DNA of 64,000 nt from Eledone cirrhosa (lineage: Eukaryota): the NCBI GenBank assembly GCA_964016885.1, contig OZ024740.1:69006001-69070000 (forward strand), given 5' to 3'. The notes under the pieces are model-generated. The model ran no database searches, had not been told where the DNA came from, and saw nothing but the letters and a program-made list of their open reading frames with translations. Of the stretch, positions 24,600 through 37,627 are shown piece after piece. The stretch's first letter is position 1, and every line of letters starts with the position of its first letter. The position numbers were made by a program, and so were the translations under genes.

Positions 24600-27500
24600 A
24601 TTAAGGAACCACTCAGGGTAATAACAATTTAAAAAACAACAAAAAAGTAAACCCCGTGACCAAGAAATAAAGGGATGGCGACCGGCGGGGAATAGCCGTG
24701 TCTCTAGGGGAGGACGACCCCTCTAGTCTTGGTTGACACTCGTCCTAGAAGTGGTAACACGAAACGATTACCCCTTGGCGGTTAAGGATAAAACGCGACA
24801 AAATAAAGTAAATGTCAAATATTAAAATCTCATTCCGGATCGGCCGTCACCCGGGTCAAAAAGGGCCGCGTCTCTCAGAGCGGAACCAGACTGGGGTCAA
24901 CAAATAAGCTAATGGTTCAAACCTTCCCATCACTTCGGAGCTGGAGACATCCCATAACCGGAATACTCCTACTGTTGGCCCTCCATGCTCACCACAAAGT
25001 AATCCAAAGAAAAAGAGAGAAAAAAGGTCAAGGGAAGAAAATAAAGAAGTCCTTGAGGCCTTCTACACTGCCATGTACTACCCATCAAATAGATTGAATA
25101 CAGAACAGACGTATATCAACTGGAAAAAGAAACATCCCGAAAACAGAGGCTATATTAACAGTAACAAACTAGCCAATATGCGAAGAAATATTGTTTTCAA
25201 AAAAAGTTACTAACTGATATAGAAATTGATCAGATCAAGCTATTAGTACAAAGTCAGCGAAGTAAAATAAGACATATGTCAGTGAAAACGAGGTAAATTG
25301 TAACACTTCGAATCCCAGGGTTTGGGCGGAATGACTGACAACAGAACAAACTAAAGAAAGGATCGAAAAAGTGGAGGGAGTGCATGCTCAAGATGAAACT
25401 CAAAATGAACACATTGAGATCGTAAATGATAAGGAAATGAATGAGAATGAACTTGCCAACTTGAAGAAGGAAATTATGATCGAATAGATGAAAATGAAAG
25501 AATCTGACATGGGAGAACGAGACACTCTCCCTAAGATCCAGAACTCCAAACAGAACCAAAAGATAATACACACGACTAACATAATTCTCTAAAAAACATT
25601 ATCATCACAAACAAACTAAACATTACTGGTTTAAATCATCTCTATTATGCATCGGCTAAAGTCACCACTCACTTATGTGGAGTGAAAATGAAAAAAAAAA
25701 CAAAGGAATTCCTACAAGAAATCTACTTGGCAAGAGAACATCAATCGCCAAAATAAACCTTCTCCGATCTGACGTAGAAATTTTAACAAACTACAAAGTA
25801 GGTGAACATGTTAAACAAACTAAACTTAGAAGATTGAAAAGAAAATACAGTATAAAATCAACAAGTGACATAGACGTGCTGATAGAAATAATCAAGCAAA
25901 AAGTGTCGGTCAAAGCTGCTCGTATAAGGCGCTTTGAAAAACGATCTAGATTCTATAAGGACAATAATATGTATAAAAACAGCCAAAGAAACTTCTACAG
26001 AAAAATTGGTAAGTCAACAATAACTGCTAAATCAATACCACCGAAGGAGGATGTTCAAGAATTCTGGGAAAAGATCAGGGCCGAAGAAAAAGTTCATAAT
26101 ATACATGTCCCATGGATAGACAGACAAATGAAAGATACAGCTCACCTTGAGGAACAAATATGGGAAAATATAACAGTTGAATAGTTGCGTTTGGCTCTTA
26201 GAGAAACCAGCAAATGGAAATCCCCAGGCAAAGACAAAATACCGAAGTTTTGGATAAATGACTTCACAGAGTCTCATGAGCTGTTAGCCCAACTTAACAA
26301 TGAAATAGTTAAGGAGCCAGAAAAGATACCATCATGGCTAGTTAACGGCAATAGATTCCTGGTTCCGAAGAATGATGAGACAAACAATTCCAAAAATTAC
26401 AGACCGATAACTTGCTTGACCACAATGTATAAAATGTTAACATCAGTCCTAACTGAATAAACATATGACCACCTGATAACAAATGACCTATTTCCCAATG
26501 AGCAGAAAGGGTGTAAACGAGGCTCATATGGCTGTAAGGATCAGCTTTGGTTAATAAAATGATACTGGAAGATTGTCATAATAGACACAACAATCTATCA
26601 ATTGCTTGGATAGATTATAAAAAAGCATTCGATAGTTTGCCACACAGTTGGATTGAAAAATGTTTAGAGATTTTCAAAATATCTCCCGTTGTCAGGAGGT
26701 TTTTGTCATTCAGTATGAAGACATGGAAAACGACACTCCTTTTGAATAGTGAAAATGAATCACTGGAAGCTGGAGAAGATAATATTAATTGTGGAAATAT
26801 TTCAGGGTGACTCTTTATCACCGCTTTTATTCTGCATCGCACTTATACCATTAAGTAAACTGCTCAATGAAACAAAACATGGATATAAAGTCTATGACAA
26901 AACCATTAATCACTTGTTCTACATGGATGACCTGAAACTATTTGCGAAAAATGATGAACAATTGAAAGGGCTATTATCCACTGTGGAGCAGTTCAGTGAT
27001 GACATTAAAATGGAGTTTGGACTAGATAAATGCACCAAAGCAACGTTCACCAGAGGAAAGCTGCTGAAGAGTTCAGACATTAATCTTGATCGGGGGAATG
27101 TGTTAAGTGAACTTGATCAAGAGGAAACTTACAAATATCTAGGTGTTTGTGAAGGAGACGGAATCAAGCACTCGACAATGAGGGATAAGGAAGGAATGTT
27201 ACCGCAGAGTAAGAGCAATCTTAAGAACGGAATTCAATGCAAGGAATAGGATCGATACCATAAACAGGCTTGCCTTACCAGTAGTAACCTACAGTTACAA
27301 TGTCATCAACTGGTCAAGCACAGAGATCCGTAGGCTCGATACAAAAATTCGAAAATACTTAACCATGCACAGAATGCATCACCCTAAGACAGATACAGAT
27401 AGAATATATCTCGCTAGGAAAGAAGAAGGACGTGGGTTAATCCAGTTAGATATTGCGTTGAAAACTGCAACAATTGGATTATCTACATATCTAAGGGAAT

Positions 27501-28592
27501 CACATGATTGGATGATCAAACTCGTTTTGAAACACGAAAGCATCAAAAGATCATACTCCATTACAAAAAATTCACAAAGATACAGTAATGGACTACAAAT
27601 TACAGAAGTCCCATTTACTGCTCAAATGGAAAACACAGAAAAAGCAAAGCAGGTAAAAGTAACTGCAAAGAAAGAACTGCTACAGAAACTGGCGAAGAAA
27701 TGGCAAGAAAATACCCAGAAAGAACTAACAATCCTGATGTTGACAAAACTTTAACCGATCAGTGGTTGGCATCCTCTGGACTGAAATCGGAGAATGAAGG
27801 ACTGATTATATCAGCACAAGATCAGTGTCAGCCAACAAAAAATTACTTAGCCAACATAATAAAAAATGGATGCAACCCATTATGCCGTGTATGTAAAAAA
27901 CAACCAGAGACCATTGATCATATAATTTCAATGTGCAGTCCTATAGCTCCAACCGAATGCCTAAACAGGCATGACAGAGCTGCACAATACATACATTGGA
28001 TAATGTGTAAGCATTTTGACCTGCCCCATCAAAAGAATTGGTGGGAGCATCAACCACCTCCCATACTTGAAAAAGATCACATCTCAATACTCTGGAACTT
28101 TAGCATCCAAACAGACCGAAAAATAGATGCAAATAGACCTGATATAATATTGAAGGACTTTAAAAAGAGGGTATGCCTGCTAATTTATATGTCCGTTCCA
28201 ATAGACAAGAATCTATCTATAAAAACATTTGAAAAATTGAGCAAGTATAAGGACCTGGAGATAGAAATTGGAAAAATGTGGAAATTGAGAACTAAAACAA
28301 TGCCAGTGGTTGTAGGCGCTCTAGGAATGATACATAAGGGGACTAATGATTACTTATCGAAAATCCCAGGAAACCCGCGTATAGGAGAAATACAAAAGAT
28401 AGTACTAATGGGAACTGCCCTTATACTAAGAAAGATTCTGTCAATATAAGTACATCACAAGTCTAAACACCTAAAGATGCATGTGTGTGTATGTATGTTC
28501 ATTCTTGAACATGGCGGACCTTGTTGTCTCTTGAGGTCACTGGTTGTTAGTTGGTGATAACTCGTATGAACATAAAGCAAGATAAATGCAAC

Positions 28593-28593
<1 letters not shown>
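24600..28593 (+). mobile_element. near full-length R4/Dong-like retrotransposon, family B (divergent from A)
   Basis: WKSPGKD, NYRPITCL, WIDYKKAFDS, IFQGDSLSP, YMDDLKL, CRVCKKQPETIDHIISMC, RHD, RPDII..KYKDL, and a long (AAT)n tail. 5' boundary is approximate. Confidence 0.9.
24912..28449 (+). pseudogene. disrupted RT-REL polyprotein of Dong family B
   Basis: colinear ORF pieces 25675-26184, 26185-26460, 26547-26810, 26749-27249, 27365-27754 and 27700-28449; start codon uncertain. Confidence 0.85.

Positions 28594-28663
<70 letters not shown>
28594..28663. repeat. (AAT)n tract shared by the Dong-B tail and a SINE tail
   Basis: direct reading. Confidence 0.95.
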
Positions 28664-28664
<1 letters not shown>

Positions 28665-28732
28665 TGTTTCTACTTTAGGCACAAGGCCAGCAATTGTCCA
28701 GTGCATTACTGGTACTTTATTTTATCGACCCC
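28664..28732 (-). mobile_element. SINE 3' portion inside (AAT)n
   Basis: tgtttctactttaggcacaaggccag...tttatcgacccc. Confidence 0.85.
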
Positions 28733-28774
28733 TAATAATAATAATAATAATAATAATAATAGTAATAATAATAA

Positions 28775-29150
28775 TTTGGACAAAGAAAAAAGATCGTGTC
28801 TGATTGTGGATGTGGCCTGCCCATTCGACACGAGAGCGCAAGAGAAGGAGAGGGAGAAAATTAACCGATACCAGGACTTAAAGTGGGAGGTAAAAAGATT
28901 TGGAACTCCCATGAAGTCAAAGTGGTCCCGATTGTCATAGGCACACTAGGTACTATCTCAAAAAGTTTCCAGGGATGGTTAATGAAAATTGGCCCCGCCA
29001 CGCTTTTTGGAACGCTTCAAAGGCATGCTTGCTGGGAACAGCAAGAACCCTCCGATACGTCCTGAATATCTGAGGCTGCAGGTAGTGGCTTGATATTCAT
29101 TTCAACAAACTTTCTAGTTAACTAACATCAATGACTGAGACTCAAAGAAC
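28775..29150 (+). mobile_element. 5'-truncated Dong family A fragment in (AAT)n
   Basis: LDKEKRSCLIVDVACPFD... plus 3' UTR. Confidence 0.9.
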
Positions 29151-29164
29151 AATAATAATAATAA

Positions 29165-32100
29165 TGCTTTCTTTATTAACCCCAAGCGTTTACATAAAGT
29201 AGACATTAAAGACAGTACAGGACAATACAGGACGGTACAAAAGGGCATTTCTGCGTGTAAAACAACAAGAAACGGAGGATGTAATAATAGAACAATGAAA
29301 ACAGGGGGGGGGGGGGGGACTTCCGAGGGACATTCGTGGAGAAAGCCCATTAAAAAGCCACAGTGACCCTGACCACCAGGGCAAGTGCCCTCTCCCAGTT
29401 TTCCACCTTTATTTTACATACACATACCCAGAATAGGCCCATTCACTCGGGCCGTTCTTGCGTCTCTCACCCATCTTTCAACAAAATGCTGGGAAGAGAG
29501 CACTTCCCTCTCTACTCTGATTTTCCTTTTCAAATGAAATTTGAAAAAGTCAATCAGGGCATCACCGAAGAGGTAAGTGCTCGTCTTCAGCCCTTTCAAA
29601 CGTGTCCACCATACTATCTCTTTCGCCATGGCCACCAGACAGATAAAAACTGCCTGCCCTTCCCGGCTAAAGGAAGAGGGCGGGGCAATCCTCACGATGG
29701 ACTCAGCTGATAGCTGGATCCGTCCTACACGCGACAGCAGGTGTTCGACATAAACCCACAAGTCAATAATGCTCGGACACTGGACGAGTGCGTGCAGGAC
29801 GGTTTCATCGCCCTGCGTGCATCTTGGACATGCCCGGCAAACGGCACCTCCACGCCTGTAGAGTTTATCCCGACCTGACAAATCTCCTCGGTAGCACTGC
29901 CAGGCAGGGATTTCTAGAAGTTGTCCATAGGCCCAAGCCCGAAATTCTTCCGAAGAGATTGGCTAGTTGATTTTCGTCGACGCCTAGAGTTTCCCCATGT
30001 ACGTCGGCGTTCTTCCTTTCCACCAATCCTCTATAGAACGCCAAGGTCGAGTCTCCACCGATCACATTGCCCGATTGGTCGAGGGCTGTGAGCGCCTGAA
30101 GACATTCCAGTCTCCAACCGCTCCCTCTCGGTCTTTGCTTGACGCAGGACTGTAGCTCCGTCAAGGAGACGAGCTGGGGAAAGACGCGTCTAGCAAACAG
30201 CGACCACACCTGATCACCGTCGAGGAAGAGGGGGAGATGTCGTAGCCTGAGCGCGTGTCTGCGCATCATCACGGCATTCCCAGCCCTCCACGTAGCGGGT
30301 GTTGACAGCAGATGGACATCCTGACCATCGGAGTGCGTCCCTTCCACAAAAAGCGAAAGAGCAAACGCTCCAGCGCAGTCAGGCGGGCATTAGGACAAGG
30401 TATGAAGGTCAGCGGGTAGTAAATTACGGACGCGATGTACACGTTAGATACCTCCACTCGACCTTTCAGGGATAGCTTCCTCTCCGGCAATTTCTGAGTG
30501 AGAGAAGCCACCTTGCTCATCACCTCGTCCCAGCTTTTGACCGTCTGGAGGTCGGGACAGAACCAGACCCCGAACAATTTAACCGGTCCCTCCGTCCAGC
30601 GCCCGCCGACGCTGTTGGACGGCATGGACCTGCCTCTCCAGGTGCTGAGCTGCAGGCCCACTGACTTTTTCTGGTTGATCATTGCTCCTGTTACGGCTTC
30701 GTATTCTCTTAGTGTAGTGCCGATCGCATCGATGTGTTTGACGTTCGACACCACTACGGTGACATCGTCCGCATATGCTGACTAGGATCTTCCGCATCCT
30801 AGTTCGCGCGGGACTCTCATCAACGTCTCCAGTTTGTGCAGTAATGGCTCGAGAGTCAATACGTACAAGAGGGACGAGAGGGGACATCCTTGGCGGACCG
30901 AGCGCATGATGTTGAACGGTTTTAGAAAGGTGACCGTTCACTCTCACCACAGAGCAGATGTCGCTGTGCATGGCAGCGATCCAGCCTCTGAAGACGGGCC
31001 CGAAGCCAGCCGCCCTCAGGACTGCCGCTAGGTAACGATGGTCGACCCTATCGAAAGGTTTCGACTGATCTAAATTGATCAAGGACCCACCCGTGCCAGG
31101 TTCCCTAGCTACCTTCTCTACGGTGTATCACATGAGGTGGAGGTTGTCGTGGATGGATCTGTCGGTAATGGCGCATGTCTGCGCCTCTCCCACCAGACCA
31201 CCAACGACAAGCCCCAACCTCTAGGCCAAAGTCTTGCACTCTGTGTTTAGTAGAGTTATGGGCCTAAAATTATCTATGTTATCCCCCTTGTTCGGATCCT
31301 TTCTCAGCAGCGCCACAGATCCTCGACTCACAGAGCTGGGAAATCTCCCGTTCTGTTGCCAGTTGCAGTAGACGTCCATGGGATGGACTCTAAAGTCCAT
31401 CCGTCGATCAGGCCCGCCGTTGCTCCCGAACAGCAGTGGGAAGTGTCGCTGAAATGCTTCACACATTTGTCCGGGATCGAGTAGCATGCGCCCGTCGTGG
31501 TCCACCAAAGACCGGATCGTGGCTTTGATGCCACGACGCGCCTCGGCCACTCGGGCCCATTGAACGGCTTTCGTCCCCTCGTGTCTGAGAGCACGTCCCA
31601 TATCTCTGACAACGCAGCCTTCGTGTTCCATTGAAGAATTGGTCAATGGCCAATTTCGCCGCAAGAACGTCGGTTGCGATGCCTTTGCTAAGCGCCTCGT
31701 CTAAGTTTCTAACTAAATCTCCCTCTGCTCTATGTTACTCTATTGCTAAAGCCTTACTAAACCTAATGGACTCTATTCTAATTGCTCTTTTCAGAGCAAA
31801 CCACCACTTGTTGTTGACGATTGCCCCCGTCAACGCCCGCTTAACTAGTTCGCTATTCCGGTCTCTGTAGCCTGGTCCTCGTATATGAAGCCTATCTAAG
31901 TCAAGCACACAGATCACGAATTTGTGGTCCGTGTAGCTGACTATCTTGAATTGTGGACAGCTTATGCTAGACCTATCTATTTCCCTACAAAATACTCTAT
32001 CAAGATATGATCTGGATGACCACATGCGATTTGTCCAAGTCCACATTGGCACATTCGGGAAATCCAATCAGACAGTTCAAAACGCCTGAGCAGGTTGGTG

Positions 32101-33899
32101 AGGCTCTTGCGCCCTCCTCCCCTATCCGCTAATCCCACACAGTCCCAGCGTGCATCTAAGATCCCGTTCCAGTCGCCCACTAACACTAAAGAGCGGGACG
32201 TTCCAAGAAAGGTCTCCAGACGCCGGAAGAAATCAAGCCGCCCTGCTCCTGTCGGGGCATAGACTGCCACTAGCCTGAAAACTTGCCCGTCTCCGCTGAT
32301 CGTCTTCACCACCAACTTAGCTTCTGGATCCAGTAAGATGGCCAGTATGGCGAGATCCAAACCTATCCGAAAAAGCACAGCAACTCCACCCCCCGATCCC
32401 GGACGGCTGGGAGATGCGTACACATCGTAGCCGCCGAAGATCGGTGCGAAGGCCCGTGCTTCGGAGATTCTGGTCTCGCTGATGGCCACTACATCTATGT
32501 TTAGTGACCTGAGGTCGTAGAGCAGGTGGCCCTGCTTCCATGACGACCCCGAGCCACGCGCATTTATGCTGCCTATTCTGATAATTGGTTGTTGTTCAAA
32601 TGTAATGCTGTGTAGTGTGTATCGATTTGGTTCTTTTGTTTTGTTTGCGTTTGTTGTGGGTTTGTTTCTGTTTCGCTTTTTGGTGACTTTTGTGGTGTTG
32701 GTGATGTTGGTGTTGGGGTTAATGATGATGATGGTGTTGGTGTTTGTGGTGATGGGGTTGGTGATGATGGTGTGGATGGTGGCATAGCTGTCCTATCTTT
32801 TTTGTTTGATAGTTTATTTGTTCCCTCTGTATTTTGTTTTTGGAGGGGGAAGGAAGAGAATTTTTTTCTTTTATGGTTTCTTTTATTCCTTTTTTCCTGA
32901 TACCCTTTCCCACTCCTCGTCGTCACAATCTGTTTCCAGTTGTGATAAGACGGGGAATGGAAAATCCTCCACAGGCATTGGTTTTGATTGTGGCATGGTG
33001 GATGTTGAAGGCGCTGGTGCTAGTTCTGGTGCGTTGGGTGGCGGTGGTGTTGGTTTTGCTAGTGTTGCTGCGGTCGTTGCTGTTACAGTTTCTTCTGTTG
33101 TTGCTGCTACAGTTGTTGCTGCGATCTCTGCTACCTGGTGGTGTTGATGGTTGAGACACTGGTGTGGGTAAGAGAGGTGGCCTCAACCTTTTAGCCTGAG
33201 GGGAGAAAGACCTTAGGTGGGTTCCGTCACCACAAACGACACACCTAGGCTTTCTCCCCTCGACGATTACGGTGAGGTAGATGCCGTCAGTGAGGTCTAT
33301 TACCTCTGGGATCTCCTCAATGCTTTTATGGTCCGCTGGATCAGGAGCTCCATCCCAGATCCGGACCAGTTCTCCTGCTTTTCTTTCGCTATTTCGATTA
33401 TTTGGGTGTTGGCCTCGACGCCGGCGAGGACGTCAGCCATTAGCCAGGAAATTTCGATGGCCGGTGGAACGTGGGTAACCCTGATGTTCAAGAGTCTCTG
33501 GCCACAATAGCTCTGGACGAGTGTGAAGTCGTCACTTCTTAATGGGGCCATGGAGTGTTCTCTGGCCTCCTGTGGTATTTCAAAGGATACGTCCACGGTT
33601 CCATATTTCTGCCCACGTCTGATGTGGGTTTTTTTGCCCATACATGTCCCTAGCTTTTGGGATTTGGGACTCGGATGCCCGTTCTACTCAGCACGATTTT
33701 ATGTTAATTGTCCGATAAGACACGGTGCATAGGCGCCGATGCTCCATTTTATTAGGTGGGGGGAGGGGTTAGGCTGACCCTGTACCCATCTTTCTGTACC
33801 ATTCTTTTGGCTTCTTCTAATTTCTCCTGAGTTACCTGGATCGTTCGCACGTTTTCGCTACTCTCGAAAAACACAGGGTAGTTTTCTTAATTTAATTGT
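29165..33899 (-). mobile_element. Tx1 family B copy, 3' end intact, broken in ORF1, with internal deletions
   Basis: CRACPRCTQGDETVLHALVQC, RT and APE motifs; deletions at ~31375, ~31870 and ~32580 (the last removes the ORF1 end and ORF2 start). Confidence 0.9.
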
Positions 33900-36818
33900 A
33901 GCCTCCTCATTGTAGATATGGTGTTTCAACTACTTCGTTTTGAGGGCCTGCTCTTGCGCAGCCATTAACATTCCTTCTGTAGCCTTTTTAAGGTCTCCTC
34001 TTTTCAACCAGTTCCATGTCTGTGGATCTCTAAATTCAGTTTTCTCAAAGAAGGCACTATGAAGGGATTTTTAATGAAGGTAGCTCTTTCTCCTTGATGT
34101 TATTTCCTCCTCGGACATCCCCTGGTCTATTGTTCTCTCCTTCAGTACAATTCTGATCATTGGCTCCTTACTATCAGTCACGTATTTGTGTAGGTTGTTT
34201 TTCTCCATCTGAACACAGTCCTCTATGCTGATAAGAGCTCTTCCACCTTCAGATCTCCTTAAGTAGAGTCTGTCGACATCAGTCCTTTTGTGGAACATGT
34301 TGTAGATAGTCAATAGCTTCCTAGTCTTCCTATCCATTTCTTTTTTTTCAGCAAAATTCCATCTCAGAATTCCCGCATTGTACCTAATAATAGACACAGC
34401 TTGTAAATTTACTGCACTTATGATATTCCTACTATTTAGATGTGACTTTAATAAGCTCCTTATTCTCCGAATGTATTCAGATCTTATCAATTCCTTCATT
34501 TTTTTTATTTGTATGTCATCAGCCTCCAGAATACCTAAATATTTGTATCCCTCTTCAGTATCAATTTCCTTTATCATCTCACCTGTTGGTACCTGGATTG
34601 CGTTGCTTCTGCTCAATTTACCTCTCTTCACCACAAGGACTCCACACTTACTAATACCAAATTGCATACATATATCATTGCTGAAAATACGGACAGTGTC
34701 AACAAGCACATCCAACTCCTTCTCACTCTTCCCGAAAAACTTAAGCTCGTCCATGAAGAGGAGGTGATTGATGGTAAGCTCTCCTTTTCCCAACTTGTAT
34801 CCTGCTCTCACTTTTCGCACTATAAAGGTCAGGGGGATCAGGGCAGGGACAAACAACAATTGGGACAAACTATCTCCCTGCAAGATACCTCTCTTGATCA
34901 TCATGCCTCCCAAGGGTTCTCAAGCTGATGTTAACTCTTTTATCCAGGACTTCATACTTTTGCTCAACAACTGTCTGATGTTATCTGCCACCCTGAAGAT
35001 CTCTAGGCTTTTGGTTATCCAAGAATGACGTACCATGTCGAATGCATTTTTGTAGTCTATCCATCCCATGGCAAGACCAGTGTGTCTCCTCCTGCAATTC
35101 CTCATTACCATCTTATCAATAAGTAACTGGTCCTTTGTACCACGGGACTTATTTCGGCATCCTTTTTGTTCGTCCGGTAACAAGTTGTTTATGTGGAGGT
35201 GATGGTAGATTTCCTCAGACACAGTGCTTGTTAACAATTTCCACATTTCGGACAGACATGCGAGTGGTCTATAGTTGGTAAGATCATTACCCTTGGTTCG
35301 GTCTTTCATTACCAGAACTGTGGTACCTTTTGTCAACCACACTGGTACCTCACCTGACATCAAGCAGTTATTGAACATGTTATATTTTTAATCCAATACC
35401 GCTGCACACAATCTGGGCCTGGTGATTTCCAGTTGGTTAGTTTCCTGTCCTGCCCCTTAAGAGTTTCAACTGTGATACTCAAATCAGTTTGTTGGTGTGT
35501 CTGTTCACTAAACTCCTTTTGTACCGTCTCAATCCACACTGCCTGATCATTATGTTTAACATCCTGCTCCCATATCCTCTCCAGAATGTCTTAGTTTGTT
35601 CCGCCTCAGGGATCAAGTCGTTGCCTCTTTCTTTCCCTTCAAGCTGTCCAAACAACATCTTCTGGCTGTTGTCAAACATGCGGTTCTGTCTATACTGACT
35701 GACTCTGCTCGCGTATCGCCTAATCCTTGCGTTCTTTGCTACAATGCGTTGCTTCAGTTCCTCTATAAGAATAATTAGCTTTTTCCTCCTAGTATTGTAC
35801 TTTATTCCAGTCTATTTTTAGTGTCTATGATTTGTAGTGTCCCATTCAGTAGGGACTCAAGCTTTCCAATGTCATTTCTCATTTCCCTGATTTTACCATT
35901 CAGTCGTTTCTTCCACCAAGGTTCTGATCTTTCTTGTTTGTTGTTTCCTCTCGCTTTTATGCCAAGTAATTTCCTCACCACATTTGCTGTTGCTTTGAGG
36001 ATATTGTTGCACTGGTGAAGGTTCCTCGCCTCAAGGTATGGGATGACTTTGTTTACCTTAGCTGTTGTTACTTTTAACTTTTTCCTGTCTACAATTCTTA
36101 GGTTCAAAGTTTTCCCACTATCATTGTTCATTTCATCTATCACTAAGTTTAGGATATCAACCAAGTTTTCTCCTAGCCCGTCAGCATTCATCTCCTCAAT
36201 GGCCGTATCTTTGTTCCAGGTATTATTTATTTCAGCATTCAGATCATTGCCTGCTTGGATGATTCCTCCGTTCTCTCAACCTCTTCACCTTCATTTCCCA
36301 CTGGCTCGTTTGCCTGGCATACTCCACTCTCCATTTCCAACATAATATCTCTGCTCAGTTCCTCCAGTTCCAGCTCGCTTATCCACCCATCAGTTCTTAT
36401 TACCCGAGCCTCCCCGGCAAATTTTTGTTCATCTAATTTAAATAGACCAATCTCGTTCCAGATGTTATGCATCCGTTTCCTATAGCCTTTCTCCTTCGGG
36501 TTACTCTTCAGGTAACATTGCATAACAGTTCTATTCAATTCTTTCGTCCACTTGGTTCTTGTCCCTTTCCTTCTTCTTCTTCTTCCTCCGACACCAGCAG
36601 TATTTGGTTGACAGCCAGGTCCCTGCTGCTGAGCCAGGGAGCCCCTGTTGGGTGAGAGTCTATCACATGACATTCCAGTCTCCACTTCACCGTTATTCGA
36701 ACTGTTTAGGTTCGATATTTAAACACTCTTATCGAGGATTGGAGAATGTATGGTTACATAACCACCGGTGATTTCATCACCCATTTGATTTTAGCGTGGC
36801 ACTATCACGCTGTAGATG
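33899..36818 (-). mobile_element. Dong family A copy with 5' end, 3'-deleted before the CCHC
   Basis: reverse complement of ~9003-11894; METGMSCDRLSP N-terminus, ILQGDSLS, YKYLGI. Confidence 0.9.
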
Positions 36819-36819
36819 T

Positions 36820-37432
36820 AGATAAATAAATCAACAAATAAATAGGTAAAAACCTAAAAAAATAAGCATAAGTTTCATTGTAATGTAATGTTCGAATGTC
36901 TGACTTAGTTTTTTTTTTTTTGTTTGTTTGTTTGTTATTCTTTTCTTTTCTCTTTTCTTTACGTTTTTCGTTGCTGCTATGCTGTTTTGATTTTGATTTT
37001 TGACTTTTTGATTTTTTTACCGGGTCATCAAATCATTCTATTTATATCTTTTGATGCCTTCCTCACTTAGTGGGAATACTACGATCACTCTGTCTTAGCA
37101 GGAGGTAGTGGGAGAGAATATCGGCGGTAACGAAAATGAGACAGTGTTGGTGGTTGTGATGTGCTACTAGTACTTAGCAGCTGGTAGTGGGAGAGAATGG
37201 CGGTGGTAGCGATAATGAGGCAGTGGTGGTGGTGGTGATGTGATCGTAGTACTGTAGTGATGGTGTTGAAGTTGAAGTAAGAATAGAAGTTGAAGTAACT
37301 TGGCTAGATTTTTTGGTGTGGTAGTGGTGATGGTGACGGTGCTGGTGTTGGTGGTTAACTTATTTGCCTGTCTGTCCACGTAGCAATTTTCCTCCTTTTT
37401 GACTATAACATTTCTGATCCAAAATTAAATAT
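36820..37432 (-). repeat. ACC-rich spacer copy, inverted relative to 8391-9000
   Basis: ORF-track peptides MDRQAN... at 8443(+) and 37379(-) are near-identical. Confidence 0.8.
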
Positions 37433-37627
37433 TAAATAATGGGGCCTTATGCCATAATGTCATAATGTAATGCGATGTGGCTTGCTGAGAGATAAAATCT
37501 GTAATCTTATGTTACATCTATAATAATAATTATTCTATCACAGTTGTTTTAAATATGTAAAAATCAAAAAACTTTAGGGTGCGATTCCATAACGACATAT
37601 CCAATATGTGCGTTTTTATTATTATTA

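Noticed and set aside
24880-24920. HDV-like ribozyme suggested by GAACCA...GCTAA TGGTTC
   Set aside because: No room for L3, P1' or P1.1; it folds as a simple hairpin.
32570-32595. Deletion in a Tx1-B copy as a retrotransposed spliced product
   Set aside because: The junction keeps the CAG and starts well upstream of the donor; it is an ordinary deletion.
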